From: Dehalococcoidia bacterium
GTDB lineage: Bacteria > Chloroflexota > Dehalococcoidia > Plut-88900
Length of the DNA: 64,000 nt
NCBI GenBank assembly: GCA_965249275.1
Contig: CBDFLQ010000006.1
Location: 608,001 to 672,000, forward strand
Direction of reading: 5' to 3'
The notes beneath the pieces are model-generated. The model did no database searches. It saw nothing but the letters and a program-made list of their open reading frames with translations, and was not told where the DNA came from. A program made the translations under genes and the position numbers. Of this stretch, positions 42,380 through 52,395 are shown in pieces; within the stretch, counting starts at the first letter, position 1; each line of letters starts with the position of its first letter.

Positions 42380-43159
42380 TCAAGTCCCCGCCGACACATC
42401 CACTATCTGCCCAGTCATCCCGCTCGAGTCCTCGGAGGCGAAGAACACGGCGCACTGCGCCACCTCCTCGGGTGTGACCATACGGCGTAGCGACGCCCGG
42501 CTCTCCAGCCGGGCCCGCACCTCATCGTAAGTACGCTCCGAGCTTCCGACGAAGGCGTTAATCACCCTCTCTATCCGGTCTCCCTCCGTGGCGCCGGGAC
42601 AGATGCAGTTGACCCGTATATTGTCGGGCCCGACCTCTTGGGCCAAAGTCAGAGTGAACCCGTGCATTCCCCACTTGGAGGTAACGTAAGAGCTCCGCTT
42701 GGGGGTCACCCTCTTACCCGCCATCGAAGAAATGTTGATGATGTTCCCCGACTTCCGGGGCCGCATATCTTTCAAGGCCTCTCGGCTGCAGAGCATCGTA
42801 CCCGTTATGTTAACTGCAAGAACCTGGTTCCAGTCTGCCAGGTCCATGTTGGAAACGTCCAGAAACTGCCCCGGAATCCCCGAGTTATTCACCAGCACGT
42901 CTATCCTCCCGAACTTGGCGATGGTCTTGTTCACCATCGCAATGACCTGGTCCTCGTCGGCGATGTCCACGGTGATGGGCAAGCATTGTCGCCCCAAGCC
43001 CCTTATCTTTGCCGCCACCCGTTCCAGGTTGGCAGTGTTCCGGGAGGCTATCGCCACGTCGGCGCCCTCCCGAGCGAAGGCCAAGGCTATCGACTCCCCG
43101 ATCCCCACACCTCCGCCCGTAACCAGGGCCTTTTTGTTTTCTAATCTTTGTCCTGCCAT
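42380..43159 (-). CDS. Short-chain dehydrogenase/reductase
   Basis: TGGGVGIG, NNSG, YVTSK, RVNCICPG. Confidence 0.95.
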   Translation of the reverse strand: MAGQRLENKKALVTGGGVGIGESIALAFAREGADVAIASRNTANLERVAAKIRGLGRQCLPITVDIADEDQVIAMVNKTIAKFGRIDVLVNNSGIPGQFLDVSNMDLADWNQVLAVNITGTMLCSREALKDMRPRKSGNIINISSMAGKRVTPKRSSYVTSKWGMHGFTLTLAQEVGPDNIRVNCICPGATEGDRIERVINAFVGSSERTYDEVRARLESRASLRRMVTPEEVAQCAVFFASEDSSGMTGQIVDVSAGT

Positions 43160-43164
43160 AGTCC

Positions 43165-44307
43165 TTACCTGACCGTCTTGCTGCTTCGTAATATTGCGAT
43201 TTCCTCGCCTGAGTAACCGACCTCGCCCAGCACCTCTTCCGTATGCTGCCCCAGGCCCGGGGCAGCCTTCTCCGACACACCGGGAGTTTTCGAGAAGATC
43301 GCGGGAGCGCCCCGCAGGGTTATGGGTCCCAGGTCCGGAGAGTCGTAGTCCACACTTAGGCCATTCCTCTTCATTTGCGGGTCGTCGTAGAGGTCAGAGA
43401 CCTGCTGCACTAGGGAGCATGGGACTCGTTCCTTCTCCAGCCTCGAAATCCACTCGTCCGATGGAGCGGAGGCGAAGGTCTGGGCCAAAGACTCGGATTG
43501 CGCCTCGTAGGCAGAAGCCCCGTTTTCCATAACCCTTGCCTTGTCGCCAAGAGCCCTGCTCAGCCGCCCCCACTCCTCCCCCGACCTCACACCCAAAAAG
43601 ATCCACCCATCGGAGGTCTTGTAGAGCCGATAACCGGGGCTTTCCCCAACATAGTCCGCCTCCCGGGCCCCGTTCGCGCCGCTCCTAACTACCACGTACC
43701 TCCCCGACTGCGTTGCCATGCAGGCCCGCAGCAGCGAAGTTTCGACCTTCCGGCCTTTCCCAGTCCGCACTCGTGCCAACAGTCCCAGGGAAACTCCGTA
43801 AGCCCCCAGGCACGCTGCCCCGTAGTCGGAAATCGCCAACACAAGGAAAACTGGCGGCCTGGACGTCCCTCCCTGGAAAGCCATAGCCCCACTCCGAGCC
43901 TGGAGCAAGGGGTCAAAGCCCGGTTTGCTCCTGTACGGCCCTTCCTGCCCATAGGCCGACACCGAACAGTACACGAGGCGGGGGTTTATCTTGCTGAGCG
44001 TCTCATAGTCCGCCCCTAACCTCCGTGCGACTCCCGGCCGGTAGTTCTCCACCACCACGTCCGCCTCTTCGACTAGCCGATAGAGCGCCCCCCGCCCCTC
44101 CTCTGTTTTGAGGTCGACACATATGCTCCTCTTGCCCCGATTCCAGTCCTGGAATGTCGGCCCGAGGCTGCGAAAAGGGTCGCCGGAGAGCGATTCAACC
44201 TTGATTACGCTGGCCCCGAAGTCAGCCAGGAGTCCGGGGCACAGCGCGCCCGCTATGTAGCTGGACAGGTCTACCACCTTGACGTTGGAAAACGGGGAGG
44301 TCAGCAA
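43165..44307 (-). CDS. CoA-transferase family III (CaiB/BaiF), subunit 2
   Basis: VVDLS..IAG, NRGKRSI, ENYRPG, APGLGQHT; probable TTG start at 44307 overlapping the upstream stop. Confidence 0.92.
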   Translation of the reverse strand: MLTSPFSNVKVVDLSSYIAGALCPGLLADFGASVIKVESLSGDPFRSLGPTFQDWNRGKRSICVDLKTEEGRGALYRLVEEADVVVENYRPGVARRLGADYETLSKINPRLVYCSVSAYGQEGPYRSKPGFDPLLQARSGAMAFQGGTSRPPVFLVLAISDYGAACLGAYGVSLGLLARVRTGKGRKVETSLLRACMATQSGRYVVVRSGANGAREADYVGESPGYRLYKTSDGWIFLGVRSGEEWGRLSRALGDKARVMENGASAYEAQSESLAQTFASAPSDEWISRLEKERVPCSLVQQVSDLYDDPQMKRNGLSVDYDSPDLGPITLRGAPAIFSKTPGVSEKAAPGLGQHTEEVLGEVGYSGEEIAILRSSKTVR

Positions 44308-45473
44308 ATCAACGCCCCCGATTTCACCAGCTTGGCACACTCCGCCTCGTCATATCCCAGTCCCGACAGCACATCCATCCCGTGCTCCCCGAGCCCCGGC
44401 GCCGGAGCGGGCACAGAGCCGTTCAACCCGGAAACCGTCACCGGCGGCCCAAGCTGGGTCATGACGCCGAGCATCGGGTCGTCAATCTGGACTAGGATGT
44501 TGTCGGAGAGGACCTGTGGATCGACCAGGAAGTCGTCACGAGAGTCGGCGGGGGCTGCAGGGACGTCGTGCTCATCGAAATACTGCACCCAGTATGCCTG
44601 CGGTTCCTTGCTGATCTTATCTCCAATGGTCTTCTTGACCGCCTCATGGTCTTCCGGCGTAAATGACCACGGTGCGTCCCGGAACCGAGGGTTGACCGTG
44701 AACTCTTCCATGTCCAGGGCAATGCAGAGCTTGCCCCAGAAAGTATCGTTGCCACAGGCGATGAAGATCCACTTGCCATCGCTGCACGGGTAGAGGCGGT
44801 AGGCGGGCTTCACACCAAGAGGGTCTCGCTCCGGCCCTTCAGGGTCCCCGAGGCCCGGGCCCCGGATGAAGCCACTGCCTTGCATAGTGACTGAGCCGTT
44901 GAGAAGAGGGACCTCCACCTTCTGCCCGATACCCTCGGTCTCCCGCACGTAAAGTGCCGAAGTTATTGCGTAGGCCGCAAGGAAGGCCGACCCACAGCTC
45001 GGGCCGGGCACGGTGCTGAATTCCGGCATGCCAGCAGGACCATTCTGGTTGCCCATAAGGGCTGAATAGGCAGCAACAACGCCGTCGTTGGCCGGTTTAT
45101 CGGCGAGAGGACCCTCCTCGCCAAAGGGAGGAATTGCGCAGTAGACGAGAAGCGGGTTCAGATAACTCAGCGATTCGTAGTCCACTCCGCGCTCACGAGC
45201 CTCGCGGGGCAGATAGTCTTCCACAACCACGTCCGCCGATTTAACAATTGCCTCGAATACGCCCCGGGCCCCTTCCACCGAGAAGTTGAGGCCCACGCTC
45301 CGCTTGCCACGGTTCCAGTGATGGAATGGCGCGTCGCCTCTCCAGTCAGGGGCGTCTGGAGTCTCCACCTTGATCACCGAGGCCCCCATATCTCCCAGCA
45401 GCATACAGGCGTAGGCCCCAGCCATGTCTCGGGAGAGGTCTACAACGGTGTAGCCGGAAAGGACGGATTCCAT
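44301..45473 (-). CDS. CoA-transferase family III (CaiB/BaiF), subunit 1
   Basis: VVDLS, GASVIKVE, NRGKRS, APGLGEH; start moved to MESVL (45473). Confidence 0.92.
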   Translation of the reverse strand: MESVLSGYTVVDLSRDMAGAYACMLLGDMGASVIKVETPDAPDWRGDAPFHHWNRGKRSVGLNFSVEGARGVFEAIVKSADVVVEDYLPREARERGVDYESLSYLNPLLVYCAIPPFGEEGPLADKPANDGVVAAYSALMGNQNGPAGMPEFSTVPGPSCGSAFLAAYAITSALYVRETEGIGQKVEVPLLNGSVTMQGSGFIRGPGLGDPEGPERDPLGVKPAYRLYPCSDGKWIFIACGNDTFWGKLCIALDMEEFTVNPRFRDAPWSFTPEDHEAVKKTIGDKISKEPQAYWVQYFDEHDVPAAPADSRDDFLVDPQVLSDNILVQIDDPMLGVMTQLGPPVTVSGLNGSVPAPAPGLGEHGMDVLSGLGYDEAECAKLVKSGALIC

Positions 45474-45630
45474 ATTCAGGATGCCTCGGGGGGAGTGAGC
45501 AGAGCTAGTTGTTTCAATAGGAATTGCCGCACGAAAAACCGGAAGCATTGTGCCATTGCATTTCTCGGAGTGTCAACGCGAGACAGTAGAAGAGCCAGGG
45601 TGAGTATAATGCCCCCCAGGAGGACCCCCC

Positions 45631-46440
45631 GTGCCCGAGATTCCCGACCTCGACAACATCGTCGCATTCCTCAACGGCAAAATCCCCGGCGTGAGGATCG
45701 ACTCAGTGGTGCCCCGCATCCCCATCGTCATCCGGTTCCCCACGTCCGATGACCTTGCCAAGAGGCTTGCAGGGCAGACCCTGTCCGGCGTCAGCCGTAG
45801 GGGCAAGTTCCTGCTTTTCAAGACGGAGTCGGGAGACACGCTGGCCGTAAACCCCATGCTCACAGGCCGCTTTCAGTACGTCGAGCCCGAAACGAAAACC
45901 CACGCCAAGACCTGTTTCACACTGAAGCTCGGCGATGGGATGGACCTCCGCTACCACGATATGCGGGTCATGGGAAAGGTCTACTGCGTCGGGCCGGGTG
46001 AGGAATCTATAATCCCCAATTTTGAGCGCATGGGCCCCGACGCCCTTGATCCCGACCTCACTCTCGAAGTCTTCAAAACCCGGCTCCGCCGTTTCACCGG
46101 CCAGATAAAGCGCATCCTGGTCACCGATACCTTCCTTGCCGGAATCGGCAACGCCTACTCTGATGAAATCCTCTTCGATGCGGGCATCTACCCCTTCCGG
46201 CGCAGGACCACCCTTAGTGACGAGGAAGTCGAGAACCTGTACAACAGTATGCACTCGGTGCTCGCAGAGGCCACGAGGGTTGTTGGCGAGAGTATGGACG
46301 GGCGGATTGATCTGAAGATTAGGGACTTCCTGAAGATTCACCGCAAGGGTGGTCAGGACTGCCCCAACTGCGGAGGCAGGATCGGCGAGGTTAAGGCCAA
46401 TCAGCGGATGACCAACTTCTGCCGCACCTGCCAGAAGTAG
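45631..46440 (+). CDS. Fpg/Nei family DNA glycosylase
   Basis: N-terminal PE, RRGK, GIGNAYSDEIL (H2TH), C-terminal Zn finger CPNC..CRTCQ. Confidence 0.93.
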   Translation: MPEIPDLDNIVAFLNGKIPGVRIDSVVPRIPIVIRFPTSDDLAKRLAGQTLSGVSRRGKFLLFKTESGDTLAVNPMLTGRFQYVEPETKTHAKTCFTLKLGDGMDLRYHDMRVMGKVYCVGPGEESIIPNFERMGPDALDPDLTLEVFKTRLRRFTGQIKRILVTDTFLAGIGNAYSDEILFDAGIYPFRRRTTLSDEEVENLYNSMHSVLAEATRVVGESMDGRIDLKIRDFLKIHRKGGQDCPNCGGRIGEVKANQRMTNFCRTCQK

Positions 46441-46453
46441 CCGCGGGATTGGG

Positions 46454-47404
46454 TCAGAGGCCCAGGGCCTGTTCTGCGTAGGCCCCCAGCATCCCCTCCT
46501 TCTCCTCGTTGGAGAGCAATGGCAGGGCCATGACCTGCTCGATAGTACGGTCCAGGTCGTACCAGGGGAAGTCGGATCCCATTAGCACACGGGATGCGCC
46601 GATGTCCCGGATGAGTTGGGCGAACTCGTCTTCACTTGGAGCGTTGGTGGCCCCGCCGACCCACTCGATGATCTCGCAGCAGTCGAAATAGGCATTGGGA
46701 TAGGCCTCGGCAAGCTCCCGAGCCTGGCCCCAGGTCCCTCCCCCCATGTGGGCTATGACGACCTTGAGGTCGGGGAACGCTGCAAGCATGGATGCAAACG
46801 CTCGGGGCTCGGCATACCCCGCACCCAGTTTGTCCGGCCCCGAGTGGGCCACAATCGGCATCCCCATCTCCTGGCAGCCGCTGTAGGCGGGCCACATCCG
46901 CTCATCGCTCATGTTGAATCCCTGCGCGGGCCCGTGCAGCTTCACGCCCCGTGCCCCGTGCTCCTCGACCATCTCCCGCAGATGGGATGCACCCTCTTCC
47001 CCAGGCATTGCTATGGCGTCCAGTGCGATGTAAGGGAACAGGTTATCGTGGTCCCTGATCCGCTCGCACGCGCCGATGTTGAACTCCCTAAGATCGTCGG
47101 CATACCCTGCCTCAACCCCCCTGATCGCGGCTTCCCGCTCCGATGCCGACATCCTACCCGGCATCTTGGCGACGGCTCGTTCCATCACGCCCCTGGTCGA
47201 GAACAGGTTAACGACGACTGCCTTGTGGACACCCGCAGCCTCCATCGCCTCCAGGGTGTCGGCCAGATCACCGTCGTATTCGCTGAACTTGACCCCGGGC
47301 TTCTCGCCATATTCCCAGATGCCGTAGTCCCCTTTTTCAAAAGCGCCAATGGCCTTGGTTTCGTAAAGGTGAAGGTGAGCATCTATCTTGAGAACGTCTG
47401 CCAT
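46454..47404 (-). CDS. Amidohydrolase_2 family protein
   Basis: IDAHLH, GVKLH, AHSG, AHMGG, GSDFPW; start moved to 47404. Confidence 0.9.
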   Translation of the reverse strand: MADVLKIDAHLHLYETKAIGAFEKGDYGIWEYGEKPGVKFSEYDGDLADTLEAMEAAGVHKAVVVNLFSTRGVMERAVAKMPGRMSASEREAAIRGVEAGYADDLREFNIGACERIRDHDNLFPYIALDAIAMPGEEGASHLREMVEEHGARGVKLHGPAQGFNMSDERMWPAYSGCQEMGMPIVAHSGPDKLGAGYAEPRAFASMLAAFPDLKVVIAHMGGGTWGQARELAEAYPNAYFDCCEIIEWVGGATNAPSEDEFAQLIRDIGASRVLMGSDFPWYDLDRTIEQVMALPLLSNEEKEGMLGAYAEQALGL

Positions 47405-47684
47405 ATCTTGCGTCTCCTCTTCGAATGTTAGGCAACCTCTGAAGTAGCCATCGCACGCCCCTAACCATGTCATCCCGATGCCCCGCGATGAATCTAAGGC
47501 GCTTGCCCTTAGCCTTGTCCCCTATCGCCTCCCACAAAACACTCCTATTTCCGTCATCCCACCCCTGCGAGTCCCATCCACGGACTTGTTCAGACTGTTC
47601 TTAGCTATCCCTGTGAGTGAAGTCCGTTCCCCACGGTGCAACGCACCCGCCTCCCCGACAAGCCGACCCTTGCCACCCCCTGGG

Positions 47685-48146
47685 CTACTCAGCTTTCCAA
47701 ACCTGATGATGCATTTGATCATCTCGGAGTTTGGTGAATGCCACGCTTTCAATGGAAATCGCGAAGCAGTGGAACTCAGGCTCTTCAGGCCGGAACCCGA
47801 TCGCCGCAAATACAGCATTACCGAACCGACGCCGCTCATCGAGATCAGTGATGTCCACTGCGTGCCCATATACCTTGAACTCTCCTTCACTGCCCTTGCG
47901 GTCGACAACCGTGCTGTGTACCACACAACGCGGGTCGCGCAGCAAGTCCAGTGCTTTGCGCGATTTCCACATCATGCCCAGATACAGGTTTCCATCGACG
48001 ATGAACGGTTCCACGGGCGAAATGCGCGGCCAGCCATCCCGCCGGAGCGTCCCGACCAATGCCAGGCCCGTCCGAGCAAGCTGCGCCTCACCCAGCGCCG
48101 CCAGCTCCGGCTCCCGCTCGGCGAACTGCCCCCAAGTTACCGCCAT
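47685..48146 (-). CDS. Pyridoxamine 5'-phosphate oxidase-like split-barrel protein (possibly F420/flavin-binding)
   Basis: GTLRRDGWPRISPVE, KALDLLRDPR. Confidence 0.85.
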   Translation of the reverse strand: MAVTWGQFAEREPELAALGEAQLARTGLALVGTLRRDGWPRISPVEPFIVDGNLYLGMMWKSRKALDLLRDPRCVVHSTVVDRKGSEGEFKVYGHAVDITDLDERRRFGNAVFAAIGFRPEEPEFHCFAISIESVAFTKLRDDQMHHQVWKAE

Positions 48147-48306
48147 TGACCTCTCATCTTCATTGCTTCTCTATAACGGAATACTACAGACGCACGTGCC
48201 CTGCAGCAAACACAACCCCGCCTCCACCTGCTCCCGAGACTCTGGATATGCTATGGTGTCGCGGCAATCGAATCACACCGGCAATAACGATGAAGGGGGT
48301 CCTGCA

Positions 48307-49080
48307 TTGGCATCATCCATAGACCTGAGCGGACAGATTGCGATAGTAACCGGCGGTTCGAGGGGCATTGGAGGAGCAATAGCCTTAGGGCTCGCACGGT
48401 CTGGGGCCGACGTAACCATCGCCGACCTCCCCCAACGTCGAGAGGACAGCTCCAAGACCCTCGCCCGCATCGAAGAGGCAGGCGGCGGCGGCCAGGCCCT
48501 TGACGTGGATGTCACCGACCCCGACCAAATCCGAAATGCAGTCTCCCAGACCGTTGCTGAAAAAGGCCGCCTGGACATTATGGTCAACAACGCCGGGATC
48601 ACAATTCGCGGCTCTGCCCTGGACCTCACCCCCGAGCAGTGGGACCGCCTCCACAATGTCAACCTCAGGGGAGTGTTCTTCGGTTGCCAGGCCGCCGCCC
48701 GAGAGATGATGAAGACGGGAGGGGGCAGGATCGTCAACACCGCCTCGGAGCTCGCCTTTGTCGTTCCCAGGAGCCATATCTCGGCCACTTACATTGCGAG
48801 CAAGCACGGGGTGGTCGGCCTGACCAAGTCCCTGGCCGTGGAATGGGCACAGCAAGGGATCCGCGTCAACGCCATCTCCCCAGGCCCGACCAACACTGAC
48901 ATGATGGCCTCAACAGTCAACGACCCCGAACGCCTCGCCGTTACGGTAGCCGAGATTCCCATCGGCAGAATGGTCGAACCCCAGGACCTCGTCGGCGCTG
49001 TCCTATTCTTGGCCAGCGACCTTTCAGCCATGGTCACAGGTCATGTCATCCTCGTGGACGGAGGCCGAATACTGGTCTAA
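48307..49080 (+). CDS. Short-chain dehydrogenase/reductase
   Basis: TGGSRGIG, NNAG, YIASK, RVNAISPG; TTG start at 48307. Confidence 0.93.
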   Translation: MASSIDLSGQIAIVTGGSRGIGGAIALGLARSGADVTIADLPQRREDSSKTLARIEEAGGGGQALDVDVTDPDQIRNAVSQTVAEKGRLDIMVNNAGITIRGSALDLTPEQWDRLHNVNLRGVFFGCQAAAREMMKTGGGRIVNTASELAFVVPRSHISATYIASKHGVVGLTKSLAVEWAQQGIRVNAISPGPTNTDMMASTVNDPERLAVTVAEIPIGRMVEPQDLVGAVLFLASDLSAMVTGHVILVDGGRILV

Positions 49081-49094
49081 TGCCGCGGGGCATT

Positions 49095-49163
49095 CCGCTC
49101 GCCCTGTCGTAGATCCGCCGAGGCGGGAGCGGAGTCGAAGGGTCTCAAGAACGGAATTGGGGT
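49095..49163. repeat. REP-like unit (CCGCTCGCCCT..GAGC..TCGAAGGG TCTCAAGAACGGAAT) carrying a 21-nt insert
   Basis: Matches units at 52677, 52731 and 54825. Confidence 0.8.
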
Positions 49164-49229
49164 AGGGAGGCGTCCCGTCCCCTCTCCATTGACGAAACCT
49201 TTGCATAACCTATGTTGGAGGGGTCGGGG

Positions 49230-49262
49230 CCGCTCGTGCTGAGGCTCTCGAAGTATGAGCGG
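49230..49262. repeat. Related REP-like palindrome
   Basis: CCGCTCGTGCTGAGGCTCTCGAAGTATGAGCGG. Confidence 0.55.
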
Positions 49263-49402
49263 AGGTGGAAGTCGTGTCATCAGGATAGAACAACACGTGC
49301 AAGCCGCCGTTACTCAAAGGTCGCTTGACGGAAGAGGGCTGGGTCGAAGATTCGCTGAGGAGACTGAGGGTGATCCGGCTTCGGCGCACATTTAAGCAAA
49401 GA

Positions 49403-50938
49403 TCACTCAGCTACTATCGGCTGAGCCACAATCCACAGGCTGACCACCGTGTAGCCGACCATCAACACCACCATCGGGTACTGGCTTCTTATCGCCGCCC
49501 GTGAGCCCATCTTCCTCATCGATATTACGTGGGCCACGTACACCGCAATCACGTGTCCGATGACTATCGCCCCTACCCCCACAAACCACACCAGCCGAGC
49601 GCTGACTACGGATATCTGCACCTGCCAGTCCGCTGTGCCGAACAGGTCCCAGCCCCACCCGAATGGGTCCGAAATCTCCTTGACGATTAGCTGTCCCTGG
49701 ATAGCGAGAAACGAGAAGAAGTGGGCCACGTTATAGGCCAGCGCTATGGGTATAAGCGATGGTATGTACGCCCGAGCCGTCTCGCCCGTCGATCCCCCCT
49801 CCCCCGACGCCAGGTTGGAAATTCGGCAGGTCAACAGGTAGGCGCCCATGAAAACAAGGGGCGCTGCGACCAGGACAAGAGTGGTGTTCAAGTCATTGCG
49901 GTAGAACTGGACGCCGGTCAGGAAGTACTCCTTGACGCTTTGCCAGGCCTCGGTCTCCTTAAACCCGTCCAGGGTCACGGTGGACAGCGCCAGGACTATG
50001 AATAATACCTCTGAGGTTCGAACGGCCAGGGGGTATGCGAGCCCGGCGCCCGGGGGCCGAAGGTTCAACTCCCGAGCCCCTTTTGCCCTCTCGAAACAGT
50101 CGTAGCAGTTAACGCATTCCTCGCCCGACTCTTCACAGGTAAGCCCGCACTGGGCGCACCCCTGGGGGTCCGTGGCACATACCTCGGTCACGGCAAACTT
50201 GGAGAGGAAGCGGTAGAGAACGGCAAAGGCCTCGCCGTACTGAAGCCAGGTGTGCTTGCCGAACAGGAACATCCCGCCGAGAGTAACGACGGTGTAGAAG
50301 ACAATCATTATCCCGATATGGGTCGGGGCGCCGGCGTGAACGTACACGTTTTCGATCCATGCAAAGCCGAAGAATAGGACGATTGCCGGCGTGACCCCGA
50401 GCTCTTCCGGATACCGGAACCCGAGCCCCAACCTCCGGCCACCCGTGAGCCTCGCGTAGAGGGTCGCTGCCCACTCAAATACGACCTGCCAGGGATTGAG
50501 CAGCGCCCACAGGTTCCCTACAAGCGAGAACACGTAGCCCAACCCCACCCACCACCCCACCCAGATGAACGCCACCGAGAAATTCAGTATCGAGGCAGGG
50601 TTCCCCCAGAAGGCCGTCGCTATCAACAGTCCCAGCGTCGCGACGGAAATCAACCGCAGGAGGGTCAACGTCAGTACGTTCTCCAGCACGGCCCGGAAGC
50701 CCAGCAGTCGATAGAGGTTGAAACGGGCCACGCCCCGCGCGCCTGGCCTGCCCCGAAGGAACATCCCTACGACAACGAATGAGACCAGCACCGTGGCCCC
50801 GGCCCCGTACAGGTAGAGCCACAGGGGCACCGGAAGATCGTACCGCTCCCCAAACCCGTGGGCGTAGGCAAGGCCAGGCTGAAACAATACGAGGGCCGCG
50901 AAGAACAACCCGCCTAGCAACAGGACTCGCGCCATCAA
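49403..50938 (-). CDS. Polytopic membrane protein (resembles proteins labelled fenitrothion hydrolase-like) with a Cys-rich loop
   Basis: Signal peptide AYA|HGFGERYDLP, about 10 TMs, SLIPIALAYNVAH, SDPFGWGWDLFGTA, GHVIAVYVAH. Confidence 0.75.
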   Translation of the reverse strand: MMARVLLLGGLFFAALVLFQPGLAYAHGFGERYDLPVPLWLYLYGAGATVLVSFVVVGMFLRGRPGARGVARFNLYRLLGFRAVLENVLTLTLLRLISVATLGLLIATAFWGNPASILNFSVAFIWVGWWVGLGYVFSLVGNLWALLNPWQVVFEWAATLYARLTGGRRLGLGFRYPEELGVTPAIVLFFGFAWIENVYVHAGAPTHIGIMIVFYTVVTLGGMFLFGKHTWLQYGEAFAVLYRFLSKFAVTEVCATDPQGCAQCGLTCEESGEECVNCYDCFERAKGARELNLRPPGAGLAYPLAVRTSEVLFIVLALSTVTLDGFKETEAWQSVKEYFLTGVQFYRNDLNTTLVLVAAPLVFMGAYLLTCRISNLASGEGGSTGETARAYIPSLIPIALAYNVAHFFSFLAIQGQLIVKEISDPFGWGWDLFGTADWQVQISVVSARLVWFVGVGAIVIGHVIAVYVAHVISMRKMGSRAAIRSQYPMVVLMVGYTVVSLWIVAQPIVAE

Positions 50939-50980
50939 GTTGCGCCCTCTACGTCATTGGCAGAGATAAGGACCTCAACT

Positions 50981-51757
50981 CTACCTCGGCAGGACTTCCA
51001 GGAATCCAATTACGGTCTCTTCAGGAGCGGCCACAGTACCCTCGCCACCGCTATCGTCCATGCTGTCGTCATCCGACTCCCCACTCAAGGTCACCGTGGT
51101 CATGGCAACAGTGCTGTAGTAGCAATGCTCAGTGTCCGACAGTCTGACCATAATGTCGTGCTCACCCGCAGACTCCACCGATACCTTTGCCCCAGGTACC
51201 AGGTACATTCCTCGAAACTCTCCATCAACGTAGAGATGCCAGTGACCCTCGGCTACTTCCCTTTCGGTATCGGTCAAGGTCAACTCGAAGTTCTCCAAGA
51301 CAACCCCGACTTCGATTTCGCCCACATCGCTCCCCGGCTCCGCTTTCACCTGTACGGTCGGGGGTTCGGCGCCCTCGGGCAGGGGGACAACGTCGGCACA
51401 ACCCGAGAGATCAGTTGCGTCATGCGAATGCCCGCCGGCCGAGCCGGGATGCATCGCCATCGCAAACCGACCCTCCAGGTTGGCGACAAACTCCATCCTG
51501 GTGACCCCTTCCTGGCCTAGTTCGTCCTCGAGGTCATACCCGTGAAGATGAAGTGTCCCGGCTTCATCTGAGGTGATAAAGAGGACAACGGTGTCGCCAT
51601 TCTTGACCCTGAACACCGTCGCCTCCTGTTCCAGTACCCTGTCCCTGATATCGAGGTTGAACTCCACCGTCTCGGGCGCCGACCCCGAGCAGGCTGCTAT
51701 TAACAGCAACCCTACGGCGGCTAGCCCCACGACCAGAAAGCTCACGCTTCTAAACAT
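50981..51757 (-). CDS. Lipoprotein with a cupredoxin-like fold and an inserted His-rich domain
   Basis: Lipobox LIAAC; GDTV..ITSD...HLHGYD; GHWHLYVDG. Confidence 0.7.
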   Translation of the reverse strand: MFRSVSFLVVGLAAVGLLLIAACSGSAPETVEFNLDIRDRVLEQEATVFRVKNGDTVVLFITSDEAGTLHLHGYDLEDELGQEGVTRMEFVANLEGRFAMAMHPGSAGGHSHDATDLSGCADVVPLPEGAEPPTVQVKAEPGSDVGEIEVGVVLENFELTLTDTEREVAEGHWHLYVDGEFRGMYLVPGAKVSVESAGEHDIMVRLSDTEHCYYSTVAMTTVTLSGESDDDSMDDSGGEGTVAAPEETVIGFLEVLPR

Positions 51758-52383
51758 CAGTTCTTATCCTGCTCCAGAGTGTCAGTGTCAATAACGTCTG
51801 ACCCGCCGTTTTGTTGCGCTTTCTTCCTGCGCCGGTCCCAGCGTCTCCACGCTTCCAGCATGGCCAACAGCAATGGAAAAGCCAGTACTACTATGAGTAT
51901 TGCAAAAATCTTGCTGGCTGGGCCCCGGACCTCGAGAGGAAAACTCGCCTCGGCGGTACCGAGGGGCCCGTCGATGGAAAGTCCCAAGATCCAAAGGCCT
52001 TCCGCGTCCATGTCGACGTTTACGTCGTACAGATCGGGGTTTACGGTAGACCTGTTGATGCTGAAGGAGTTTGGCTCCAGTCCCGATTCTTCAGGTGGAG
52101 TAACAGAGAGCGCAAGCGCCGCTCCGGTGATGATTTCTCGAGTAGCTGGGTCAGAGATGCTGAAGGTGAAGTGGACCAGGCCCGCTGTGGGGTTGCCGGG
52201 GGTGGAGGTCACAACGACCTGATACCCCTCGACCTGCTCTTCGAAGATGGTACTGGCATCGACACCCCCATTCGCCAAGGCCCGAGGAGCGACAACCACC
52301 ATCAGCGCGCCGAAGATGACCAGGATGCCGATGAATAGGGGCGCAGCTCTAGGACTCACACGAAGATGGGAAGGGAAGAACAA
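51757..52383 (-). CDS. Exported Ig-like (YtkA/FixH-like) protein with a C-terminal TM anchor
   Basis: Signal ALA|NGG, LYDVNVDMDAEGLWILGLSIDGPLG, C-terminal TM plus basic tail. Confidence 0.65.
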   Translation of the reverse strand: MFFPSHLRVSPRAAPLFIGILVIFGALMVVVAPRALANGGVDASTIFEEQVEGYQVVVTSTPGNPTAGLVHFTFSISDPATREIITGAALALSVTPPEESGLEPNSFSINRSTVNPDLYDVNVDMDAEGLWILGLSIDGPLGTAEASFPLEVRGPASKIFAILIVVLAFPLLLAMLEAWRRWDRRRKKAQQNGGSDVIDTDTLEQDKN

Positions 52384-52395
52384 ACCAGGTACCGG

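Noticed and set aside
44290-44345. Frameshifted single double-domain CoA-transferase
   Set aside because: The first gene has a normal C-terminus; the second has its own GGGGG plus TTG start
47731-48306. 192-aa N-terminal extension of the SDR in the ORF track
   Set aside because: It is mostly antisense to the pyridoxamine-oxidase-like gene; the SDR fold starts at about 48307
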